Below are positions 55,180-62,570 of a stretch of 64,000 nt of DNA, piece by piece. Under the pieces are notes generated by a model. It saw nothing but the letters and a program-made list of their open reading frames with translations, made no database searches and was not told the DNA's origin. The position numbers were made by a program, and so were the translations under genes. The DNA comes from Acidimicrobiales bacterium (GTDB lineage: Bacteria; Actinomycetota; Acidimicrobiia; Acidimicrobiales; AC-14): assembly GCA_035494015.1 (NCBI GenBank), contig DATJHJ010000030.1, positions 5,047-69,046 on the forward strand, in the 5' to 3' direction. Each line of letters starts with the position of its first letter. Position 1 is the stretch's first letter.

Positions 55180-56142
55180 TCAGGCCACCCGGTCGAGCCC
55201 CTGGCGGCCAGGGCCCATCCCGCCGGGCCCGGGCGCGCTGGTCGAGGTGCGACCGGTGGGGCCGGGCGAGCGGACGACGGGGTAGCCGTCGTCGTCCCAG
55301 TCGAGGGCGGCCCAGCGGATCTCGCGGTCGGCCCAGCCGGGATCGCCACTCACCTTGCGGTGGTAGACCAGGCGGGGCCCGTCGGGGGTGTCGACGACGC
55401 AGCCGTGGCCGCCGCCGACGAAGAAGGGGCGGGGCAGCTTCTCCCAGGACCTGGGATCGGCGACGTCGCCCCCGGTGTGCTCCAGCAGGCCCATCTTGTA
55501 GGCCTGGGTCCAGCTGGCGTCGGCGGCGTAGAGCACGAACAGGCGGCCGGTCGCCGGGTGCCGGATGACCTCCGGGCCCTCGTTGACCGGGGCGACGCTC
55601 ATCTCCCAGCCGTGCTGCGGTCGCGACAGGCACCGCCGCTCGCCGTCGATGGTCCACGGGTTCGACATGGGCGCGATGTACAGGTTCTGGGGGAAGCCGT
55701 CGTCGGGGCCTTCCCAGCCGGACCACAGGGCGTACAGGCGGTCGCCGTCGGCGAAGACGGTGAGGTCGATGGCCCACACGTCGTGGCCCCGGTCGACCAC
55801 CGGCCCGAGGGGCTGGTAGGGGCCGAGCGGGCCGTCGCCCACCAGGGCGTAGGTCCGGTGGTTGGCGCTGCGCCCGTCGCTGGCCGCGTAGTAGACGTAC
55901 CAGCGGCCGTCGATCTCGTGCAGCTCGGGCGCCCAGACCTGGCGCTCGGCGCCGTGGGCCGACCAGATGACCGTCTCGGTGTTGCGGTCCATCCGGTCGA
56001 AGTCCTTGAACCGCTTGACGACGATGCGCCGGTTCCCACCCGCGGTCTGCACGAGCAGGTAGGACCCGTCGTCGTCGGCGACCACCCACGGGTCCTGCCC
56101 GGGGAAGGGCCGGCGCTCCCGGAACGCATGGAGCAGGTTCAC
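55180..56142 (-). CDS. glycoside hydrolase family 43-like protein, no signal peptide
   Basis: GTG 56142 (GTGA overlap). FPGQDPWVVADDDGSYLLV, VWAPELHEIDGRWYVYY, IDLTVFADGDRLYALW and NEGPEV match the Asp/Asp/Glu GH43 pattern. Confidence 0.78.
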   Translation of the reverse strand: MNLLHAFRERRPFPGQDPWVVADDDGSYLLVQTAGGNRRIVVKRFKDFDRMDRNTETVIWSAHGAERQVWAPELHEIDGRWYVYYAASDGRSANHRTYALVGDGPLGPYQPLGPVVDRGHDVWAIDLTVFADGDRLYALWSGWEGPDDGFPQNLYIAPMSNPWTIDGERRCLSRPQHGWEMSVAPVNEGPEVIRHPATGRLFVLYAADASWTQAYKMGLLEHTGGDVADPRSWEKLPRPFFVGGGHGCVVDTPDGPRLVYHRKVSGDPGWADREIRWAALDWDDDGYPVVRSPGPTGRTSTSAPGPGGMGPGRQGLDRVA

Positions 56143-56678
56143 GTGGGGATCCAGGCGCTCAGCGGGGTGGCGATCCGGTCGGTGAGCAGGGCGAGCAGCC
56201 AGCCGGTCGTGAGCAGCCCCCACAGGGTCACGGTGGCGGCGATCAGGGCCACGCTGTCGTCGTCGCGGAGATAGGAGACGATCGGGACCACCCACACCAG
56301 GCTGCGCAGGAGCCGGCGGGCGGGCTTGTTGGCCAGGTCGGCCGACAGGGCGTCCACGCAGTAGACGACGAAACCCATGGTCGCTTCGGCGGCGATCGGA
56401 AATGCTCGGCTCCCCAGCCGGTCGTACTCCAGCGTGAGCAACCAACCCATCGTCACCAAGAACCACACCACGGCCCCAAAACGTCCCAACTTGGCCACGT
56501 TTCGGTGGGTGAACCACCGGGTCAGGGTGACCATCCACAGCAGGGCCCGGGCCAGGCGCTCCCCCGCCGGCCGGCCTTCGTCCCCCACCGCGTCGGCGCA
56601 GGACACGACGAACGCCAGCGTCACCTCGGCGAGGAGAAGGGCGATCATCGCTGCCGCCTCCGGCGGCGCGAGCGACAC
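56139..56678 (-). CDS. hypothetical 4-TM membrane protein with internal two-fold duplication
   Basis: AEVTLAFVVSCADAV...RLARALLWMV...GWLLTLEYDR aligns with AEATMGFVVYCVDAL...RLLRSLVWVV...GWLLALLTDR. ATG 56648 is an alternative start. Confidence 0.6.
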   Translation of the reverse strand: MSLAPPEAAAMIALLLAEVTLAFVVSCADAVGDEGRPAGERLARALLWMVTLTRWFTHRNVAKLGRFGAVVWFLVTMGWLLTLEYDRLGSRAFPIAAEATMGFVVYCVDALSADLANKPARRLLRSLVWVVPIVSYLRDDDSVALIAATVTLWGLLTTGWLLALLTDRIATPLSAWIPT

Positions 56679-57011
56679 GGGAACCCCGGGGGGCGCATAC
56701 CTCCAGGATCGGCCCTTCCGGCGGGTTACTTGATCAGCCGTTTGCGGCCGAGCGCACCGCCTTCGCCGCCTTCTTGGCCGTGGTCGCAGGGGTCGCCCGG
56801 ATGCCCATTATCGGCGGATCGCCTACGCCTATCTCGACCTGCAGGCCAAAGGCTGGAGCCGAGGCCTGCTCGCCGAGCTCGCCAAACAGGAATGCCAAGT
56901 CGGGACTGGGTGCACCGGGCACGGGTCTTGGGCTTCTTGTCTGGCGCAAGCCTAGGGCGTGCCGGTCGTCTTCCTGGCCCCAGACTGCACGACGCGAACT
57001 AGGGGACCGTA

Positions 57012-57055
57012 AGGTCAGACTCTTCACAGCAGGTCAGGTCCTCCACATCAGGTCA
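57012..57055 (+). repeat. three AGGTCA direct repeats at exact 19-bp phasing
   Basis: AGGTCA at 57012, 57031 and 57050, in stop-rich lower-GC DNA about 120 bp from the 3' end of the recombinase remnant. Confidence 0.8.
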
Positions 57056-57173
57056 ACTCGTTCTAGATCGAACCGGTTGAGCCCCTGATGGGCGGGCCCG
57101 ATCGCGATCCGATCCACGAGCGTGCCGACGACCGCTCGGCGGCGCTCCAGGCTCAGATCCGATCACGCGGCCC

Positions 57174-57587
57174 TCAGTACGCCCGGCTGTTGGACGAAAC
57201 CGTCGAGGACGCTCGTGCCACGTTGCCGGCCGTGCCGTCGCTTGGCGGCTCCAGGCGCGCCCCGACGCCTTTCCTGGCGACCATCCGCTCCCGCGAGATC
57301 CGGTCCTCGGCCCAGCCCGCCGCGAGCTCTTCGAGCTTTGCCTCGGCGGCCGCGAACCCTTCGGCGGCCGCACGCTGTTCGTCGTCGCGGCCCTGCATGC
57401 GAATGGCCTCCGCCAGCTCCGGGCCGTCCACGCGCTGCATGACCGCCTCGACCAGCAGGTCCTCAAGCGGCTGCGCGACGACCCGCACCCCTCCACGGCC
57501 GCCCCGCCCCGGGCCCGACGAGCACGTGTAGCTGCGGTTCCGGTCGGCCCGCGGTTGGGCGATCAGCCGGGTGCCGCAGCGGCCACA
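57174..57587 (-). pseudogene. 3' remnant of a large serine recombinase gene (zinc-ribbon + coiled-coil part only)
   Basis: Own reading of track ORF 57174-57758: CGRCGTRLIAQPRADRNRSYTCSSG...VVAQPLEDLLVEAVMQRV...AAAEAKLEELAAGWAEDRISRERMVAR. This is the CxxC...YxC zinc beta-ribbon plus C-terminal coil. The catalytic resolvase and recombinase domains are missing, and the breakpoint abuts repeat copy B. Confidence 0.6.
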
Positions 57588-58150
57588 GCTCGTCGTCGTG
57601 TCCAACCCGCAGTCACCGTCCGGGCTGACCCTGGACCGGGAGGGGCTGCTCGACACCGCCGAGCGCCATCCCGCCTCGACCCTGGTCGTCGAGGAGTCGA
57701 CGGTCGACTTCCTGCCGGACCCTGCGGCCGCCACGCTCGCGGGCGCCGACGTCGACAACGTGATCGTGCTGCGCTCCGCCGCCGAGTTCTACGAGACGGG
57801 GGCGGCCCGTACCGGCGTGGCGTGGAGCCGTGACCGGCGGCTGTTGCGGGAGCTGTTCGGCTACCGGGAGGTCCGGCCCGTGTCGGGGCTCGACCTGATC
57901 GTGGCCGAGGCCGCCCTGGCCCCCACCGAATGGGCCGCCGGCGCCCGCCGGCAGCTGGCCGCCGACGGCGCCTGGCTCCACGCCATCCTCCAGCCCCTCG
58001 GGGGCCGCCTGGTCGGCGACTCCCGCCTGCCGTACCGGTGCCTCGTATCCGACCGCGCCCCGGCGTGGGCGGCGTCGCTCGCCGGCCAGGGCATGCGGGT
58101 CCGGGCCGTGACGCCCGAGCACGGCGTCCACCCGGGCGCCATCGGCGTTT
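57588..58150 (+). pseudogene. 5'-truncated copy of the Lys-less aminotransferase-like gene
   Basis: LVVVSNPQSPSGLTLDREGLLDTAERHPASTLVVEESTVDFLPDP...VIVLRSAAEFYETG... aligns with residues about 139-330 of the 44087 gene. There is no N-terminal third, and the 3' end is fused out of frame to folP debris. Confidence 0.8.
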
Positions 58151-58159
58151 CGCGGCGGC

Positions 58160-58622
58160 GGCTCCGGGGCCGGTCAGGGCGTGGAGGACGGTCAGCATGT
58201 CGAGCGTGGCGGCCACGTCGTGGACCCGCAGATCTGCCCCGGCACGTGGCGCAGGGCGGCGACGGCACCCAACGTCCGCCCCCCGCTCCCCCGGGGCCCG
58301 CCGGGTCAGGGCGCCCACGAAGTCCTTCCGGGACAGGGCCGGGCGGATGGGCCGGCCCAGGTCCACGACGGCGTCCAGCCCCCGCAGGACGGGCACGACC
58401 GCCGCCGCCTCGTCCACCGGATCGGCGGGAGCCCGGCCGGTGACGCCGACTGGGCCCCCACGTCGATGACGTCCGCCGCGGCGGCCACCAGGGCCCCCGC
58501 CCGCGACACGATCTGCTCCAGGCTGCGGGCGCCCGGATCGGAGAAGGAGTCGGGTTGGCGTTGACGACCCGCATGAGCCGGGGTCGCTCCCATGTCAGCA
58601 CCCGATCCCGCACCCGCAGCAC
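58160..58622 (-). pseudogene. folP: decayed dihydropteroate synthase gene (internal deletions and frameshifts)
   Basis: Starts like copy A (LRVRDRVLTWERPRLMRVVNANP...), then a 1-nt indel destroys PDSFSD. About 360 bp of the barrel core and the 3' end are missing relative to 45203-46084. Confidence 0.85.
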
Positions 58623-58687
58623 GGCCGACCAAACCTAAACGGGGCGGTCGTCCGGCGCGGGCCGGCGGCGGATCAGGGTTCGGGCGG

Positions 58688-58693
58688 TAGGCT
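58688..58693 (+). promoter_or_regulatory. candidate -10 hexamer TAGGCT 9 nt upstream of ATG 58703
   Basis: Same hexamer and spacing as at 46121-46126. Confidence 0.3.
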
Positions 58694-58702
58694 GGCCGGC
58701 CG

Positions 58703-59071
58703 ATGGAGGTGCTGCCCACGCCCGACCAGGAGCTGCGGCAGCGGCTGGCCGGGGCCGAGAACCGGCTGGACCCCATCGGCGAGCGGCTGGGCCGCCTGGA
58801 GCTGCCCTTGGGCGACACCGTGGCCGTCCAGGACCTTCCGTCCCAGCTGGCCCGGCACCGGGACCTGATCGTGGCCGAGGTGCGGGCCGCGGCCGCGCCA
58901 GCCCCCCCGCCGTCGCCGTCCCCCGCGCCGCCGACCACCGAGGTCGGGATCAAGGTCGACGGCCCGCCCTACCCCGAGCCCGAGCCCGACATCGAGGTCG
59001 ACGGCTCGAGGGTGGGCACGGCGGTAGCCGAGCGACGGCGCGCCCACCGGCTGCGCCGGCGCCAGGCGTAG
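58703..59071 (+). CDS. small coiled-coil / Pro-rich protein, paralog of 46136-46537
   Basis: 122 aa. Same N-terminus (MEVLPTPDQEL...) and C-terminus (ERRRAHRLRRRQA). It lacks a 22-residue heptad segment, and the polyPro run is replaced by APAPPPSPSPAPPTTEVG...PYPEPEPD. Confidence 0.65.
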   Translation: MEVLPTPDQELRQRLAGAENRLDPIGERLGRLELPLGDTVAVQDLPSQLARHRDLIVAEVRAAAAPAPPPSPSPAPPTTEVGIKVDGPPYPEPEPDIEVDGSRVGTAVAERRRAHRLRRRQA

Positions 59072-59083
59072 CCGGGCCCGAGG

Positions 59084-60196
59084 ATGCGGATCGGCTTCGA
59101 CGGCACCCCCTTGCTCGGTTCCAAGACCGGGGTTGGCTGGTACACCCACGAGCTGATCGACGCCGCGGCCAAGCTGGCGCCGCAGGACGAGATGGTCGTG
59201 TTCCCCATCTCGTGGCGCACGGCCCGCCACCTGAACCTGGACCCGCCCCACCGCCGCAACGTGAGCGTGGAACGCAAGCTGGCCCCGGCTCGGCCCTTGT
59301 GGGCCATGTGGGACCGGGTCCAGTTCCCGCCGGTCGAGTGGCTGGTCGACTGTGACGTCTTCCACGCCACCAACTTCATCGCCCCCCCGTCGCGCAAGGT
59401 GCCGATCGTGGTCACCGTGCACGACATCGGCTTCGTCCATCACCCGGAGGCGGTGACCCCCGGCGTGCGCCGGATGGCCCGCCTCCTGCCCGACATCCTG
59501 CGCCGGGCCGCCGCCATCATCACCGTCTCGAGCTTCACCTGCCAGGAGCTGGTGGGCTGGCTGCCCGAGGTGGCCGAGCGGGTCACGGTGATCCACAACG
59601 GCAGCCATGGCCGCGCCGCCCCCGCTCCCGCCCCGGCCACCGCTGCCAAAGGGGCCAGCCCGCCCTACGCCCTCATGCTCGGGACCCTGGAGCCCCGAAA
59701 GAACCTGCCCCTCGCCCTCGACGCCCTGCGCATCCTGCGCCGCCGCGGCGTCGACCTCCGGCTCGTGCTGGCCGGCGGCAAGAGCGCCCTGCTCGACGTC
59801 CCCGCCCTCTTGCGCAAGCGGGGCCTGGGCGAGCCCGAGGTGACACGCACCGGCTACATCGACGACAGCAGGGTCTCCGCCCTCCTGGCCGGCGCCCGGG
59901 TCCTGGTCTTCCCGTCGCTCTACGAGGGTTTCGGCATGCCCCTGCTGGAGGGCATGGAGGCCGGGGTGCCGGTCGTGGGCGTCCGCGCCGGGGCCACGCC
60001 TGAGACGGTCGGCGACGCCGGCCTGCTGGTCGACCCCGGCGACGCCGAGGGCTTCGCCGACGCCATGGAACGGGCGGCCTTCGACGAGGATCTGCGGGCC
60101 ACCCTCGTCGCCGCCGGCCGGGAGCAGGCGGCCAAGTTCACCTGGCAGCGCGCCGCGGCGGCCACGCTCGACCTCTACCACGCCGTCCACCACTGA
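59084..60196 (+). CDS. GT4 (GT-B fold) glycosyltransferase
   Basis: 370 aa. MRIGFDGTPLLGSKTGVGWYT, TLEPRKN and FPSLYEGFGMPLLEGMEAGVPVV (EX7E). Confidence 0.85.
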   Translation: MRIGFDGTPLLGSKTGVGWYTHELIDAAAKLAPQDEMVVFPISWRTARHLNLDPPHRRNVSVERKLAPARPLWAMWDRVQFPPVEWLVDCDVFHATNFIAPPSRKVPIVVTVHDIGFVHHPEAVTPGVRRMARLLPDILRRAAAIITVSSFTCQELVGWLPEVAERVTVIHNGSHGRAAPAPAPATAAKGASPPYALMLGTLEPRKNLPLALDALRILRRRGVDLRLVLAGGKSALLDVPALLRKRGLGEPEVTRTGYIDDSRVSALLAGARVLVFPSLYEGFGMPLLEGMEAGVPVVGVRAGATPETVGDAGLLVDPGDAEGFADAMERAAFDEDLRATLVAAGREQAAKFTWQRAAAATLDLYHAVHH

Positions 60197-60233
60197 TCTT
60201 CCGTCCCCCGCTCGCCGTCATCCCGCGACTACT

Positions 60234-61475
60234 GTGAGCGGCTTGCGAATGCGAAGAGTGGTTCTCGCCGTCCTGGCCCTCGGCGCCCTGCTCCCCGGTT
60301 CGGCGGGGCCGGCGGGCGCCCAGACCTCCTCGAGTACCCCCGTCACCCTCCCCTCCGTCGGTGACTCCAACCCCACCCCCCGGGACGCCCAGCGGGCGGC
60401 GGAGGCCGGCCAGCAGGCCGGCCCGCCCGGCGGGGCCCAAGCCGCCATCGCCGGTGAAGGCCCGGGAACGTCGCCCTCCCCGGCCCCGCCCGGCGCCGGT
60501 GCGGCCAACCCGCCGTCGTTCGCCACCTTCCGGGTCTATGCCACCCAGTACGACCCCAACACCCCGGGCAGCACCGAGGTGGCGGTGCCCGACAAGTGCG
60601 CCAAGTTCGCCGCCCTCAAGCTGGCCACCGCCCTGAGCTCGGCGGGCTGCCCCGCCGGCTACCGCATGGATCTCGACTACCGGGTGGTGGTCAGCCGGGA
60701 CAACGGCAAGACCGCCACCATCCCGGTCAAGGACGTCGGGCCCTGGAACGAGGACGACAACTACTGGGCCGGCCCCGGCTCGAATCGCCCCCGCCGCCGC
60801 TTCGCCGACCTGCCCCGGGGCACGCCCGAGTCCCAGGCCGCCTTCTACAACGGCTACAACACCCAGTCCAACTGCATCAGCCTCTCCACCGGCCAGCCTG
60901 CGGGCAAGCCGGCGGGCGCCGACCAGTTCAGCCGCTGCGTGCTGAACCCGGCGGGGATCGACCTGTCGGTGGAAGCGGCCAAGTCGCTCGGCCTGGGCGC
61001 CTTCGAGAACACTTGGGTGACGGTCAGCTTCCTGTGGGAGCCGCTCGACACCACGGTCAGCGTGGGCCACACCGGCAAGAACCTGGACATCAACTACGTC
61101 TCCAAGGATCCGGGCGCCCAGGCCATCCAGTGGCCGGCCAACGGGGGGAAGAACCAGCAGTGGCGGTTCATCCCGACCGGGACCCCGAACGTCTACAACA
61201 TCCAGGTCCAGCACAGCGGGATGATGCTGGACGTGGAGGGGGTGTCGAAGGATCCCGGGGCCCGGGTCATCCAGTGGCCGGCCAACGGCGGGATAAATCA
61301 GATGTGGAAACTCGTGCCCGTGGGCACCACGGGCGCCTTCAACGTCATCGCCCAGCACAGCGGCCTGGCCCTGGACGTGGCCGGCGTCTCCAGGGACGAC
61401 GGCGCCCTCATCATCCAGTGGCCGGTCAACGGTGGCCTCAACCAGCAGTGGAAGCCCGCCGTCAGCGGGCTTTGA
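60234..61475 (+). CDS. secreted protein: Pro-rich linker, DPBB/RlpA-like domain (tentative) and three-lobed ricin-type beta-trefoil lectin domain
   Basis: Signal peptide MRRVVLAVLALGALLPGSAGPAGAQ. TIPVKDVGPWNEDD...AGIDLSVEAAKSLGL is reminiscent of RlpA/expansin DPBB. There are three (Q-x-W) lobes: IQWPANGGKNQQW, IQWPANGGINQMW, IQWPVNGGLNQQW. Confidence 0.7.
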   Translation: MSGLRMRRVVLAVLALGALLPGSAGPAGAQTSSSTPVTLPSVGDSNPTPRDAQRAAEAGQQAGPPGGAQAAIAGEGPGTSPSPAPPGAGAANPPSFATFRVYATQYDPNTPGSTEVAVPDKCAKFAALKLATALSSAGCPAGYRMDLDYRVVVSRDNGKTATIPVKDVGPWNEDDNYWAGPGSNRPRRRFADLPRGTPESQAAFYNGYNTQSNCISLSTGQPAGKPAGADQFSRCVLNPAGIDLSVEAAKSLGLGAFENTWVTVSFLWEPLDTTVSVGHTGKNLDINYVSKDPGAQAIQWPANGGKNQQWRFIPTGTPNVYNIQVQHSGMMLDVEGVSKDPGARVIQWPANGGINQMWKLVPVGTTGAFNVIAQHSGLALDVAGVSRDDGALIIQWPVNGGLNQQWKPAVSGL

Positions 61476-61493
61476 CGGCGCCGGCCTAGCCGG

Positions 61494-62570
61494 TTGCGCG
61501 TCCTGGTGGTGGCCGAGCAGCTCCGCCGGGCCGTTCCTGGAGGGATCGGTACCTATGCCCGCGGCCTGCTGGCGGGCGTGGCCACCCTCGACCCGGCCCA
61601 GAGGCCGGCCGTCACCCTGTGGGCCAGCCGGCCGCCACGCGGGCAGCCCGACCCGCTGCGCGCCCTCGGGCCCGTCGCCACCACCACCCTCCCCGCCCGG
61701 GCGCAGATCGTGGCCTGGGACCGGGGCCTGGGCCGGCCGCCCCCCGGCGCCGACCTGGTGCACGCCACGTCGTTCGCCCTGCCGGCCACGGGCGACGTCC
61801 CCCTGTCCGCCATGGTCCACGACCTGGCCTGGCGCCACTTCCCCGACGCCTACCCGGCCCGTGGCCGGCGCTGGCACGAGGCCGCCCTGGGCCGGGCCCT
61901 GGCCCGGGCCGCGCTGTTCGTCGTCCCGTCAACCCCCGTCGCCGACGACCTGCTGGCCGCCGGCGCCGAGGCCCGCCGGGTCGAGGTGGTCGAGGAGGGC
62001 TGCGACCACTTGGAGCCGGCCGACGACGACGCCGCCGACGCCGTCCTGCGCCGCCTCGGCGTGACCGGGGAGTACCTGCTCACCGTCTCGACCCTGGAAC
62101 CGCGCAAGAACCTGGTCCGGTTGGCCGCCGCTTACGCCCTGGCCCGCCCCCGGCTCCCCGAGCCCTGGCCGCTGGTCGTGGCCGGGCCGGCCGGCTGGGG
62201 GCCGGACCTGGCGCCCGCCGAAGGGGTGGTCCTGGCCGGCAACGTCGCCGGTGGCGCCCTGACCGCCCTGTACCGCCGGGCCCGCCTGCTGGCCTTCGTG
62301 CCGCTGCGCGAGGGCTTCGGCCTGCCCGTCGCCGAGGCCATGTCGTGCGGGACACCGGTGGTGGCCAGCCCGGTTCCCAGCGCCGGCGACGCCGCCCTGG
62401 AGGTCGACCCCTTCGACGTCGACGCCATCGCCGACGGGCTGGTCGCCGCGGCCACCGACGACGCCTGCCGCCGGCAGCTGGTGGCCGCCGGCGGGGCGCG
62501 GGCCGCCACCCTCACCTGGGCCCGCGCCGCCGGGCGCCACGTGGAGCTGTGGGCGACGATCACCCGGTAA
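61494..62570 (+). CDS. GT4 (GT-B fold) glycosyltransferase
   Basis: 358 aa, TTG start. MRVLVVAEQL...PGGIGTY, TLEPRKN and VPLREGFGLPVAEAMSCGTPVV. Confidence 0.82.
   Translation: MRVLVVAEQLRRAVPGGIGTYARGLLAGVATLDPAQRPAVTLWASRPPRGQPDPLRALGPVATTTLPARAQIVAWDRGLGRPPPGADLVHATSFALPATGDVPLSAMVHDLAWRHFPDAYPARGRRWHEAALGRALARAALFVVPSTPVADDLLAAGAEARRVEVVEEGCDHLEPADDDAADAVLRRLGVTGEYLLTVSTLEPRKNLVRLAAAYALARPRLPEPWPLVVAGPAGWGPDLAPAEGVVLAGNVAGGALTALYRRARLLAFVPLREGFGLPVAEAMSCGTPVVASPVPSAGDAALEVDPFDVDAIADGLVAAATDDACRRQLVAAGGARAATLTWARAAGRHVELWATITR

Larger units (their letters stand above)
46628..57587. mobile_element. putative integrated, decayed accessory island (about 11 kb) bracketed by the about 2-kb direct repeats
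   Basis: It lies exactly between repeat copies A and B. Its right end carries a truncated large serine recombinase and about 470 bp of stop-rich lower-GC DNA. The gene content is heterogeneous, with one frameshifted gene and one low-GC orphan. Confidence 0.45.
57587..59171 (+). repeat. direct repeat copy B (about 1.6 kb; shortened by deletions) of the aminotransferase-like/folP/small-ORF/GT4-5' segment
   Basis: Collinear with 44499-46627. It lacks about 190 bp (aminotransferase 3' end, hairpin, folP 3' end) and about 360 bp inside folP. Confidence 0.85.

Noticed and set aside
56734-57088. Track ORFs 56734-57027 (-) and 56774-57088 (+) in the spacer at the right end of the island.
   Set aside because: The region has stops in all frames, lower GC and no ribosome-binding sites. 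Short protein-like patches (e.g. HYRRIAYAYLDLQAKGWSRGLLAELAKQE) look like debris of a former gene rather than a functional CDS.
57040-57095. GGTTCGATC-like string (minus strand) near the recombinase remnant, considered as a tRNA T-arm fragment or attachment site.
   Set aside because: The flanking bases do not form a T-stem, acceptor stem or anticodon arm. No cloverleaf can be drawn.
57571-58443. 290-aa plus-strand ORF that could be annotated as an intact gene.
   Set aside because: It is a chimera. The first roughly 190 residues are the truncated aminotransferase-like copy. The remainder is antisense read-through of the decayed folP copy (Arg/Pro/Gly junk).
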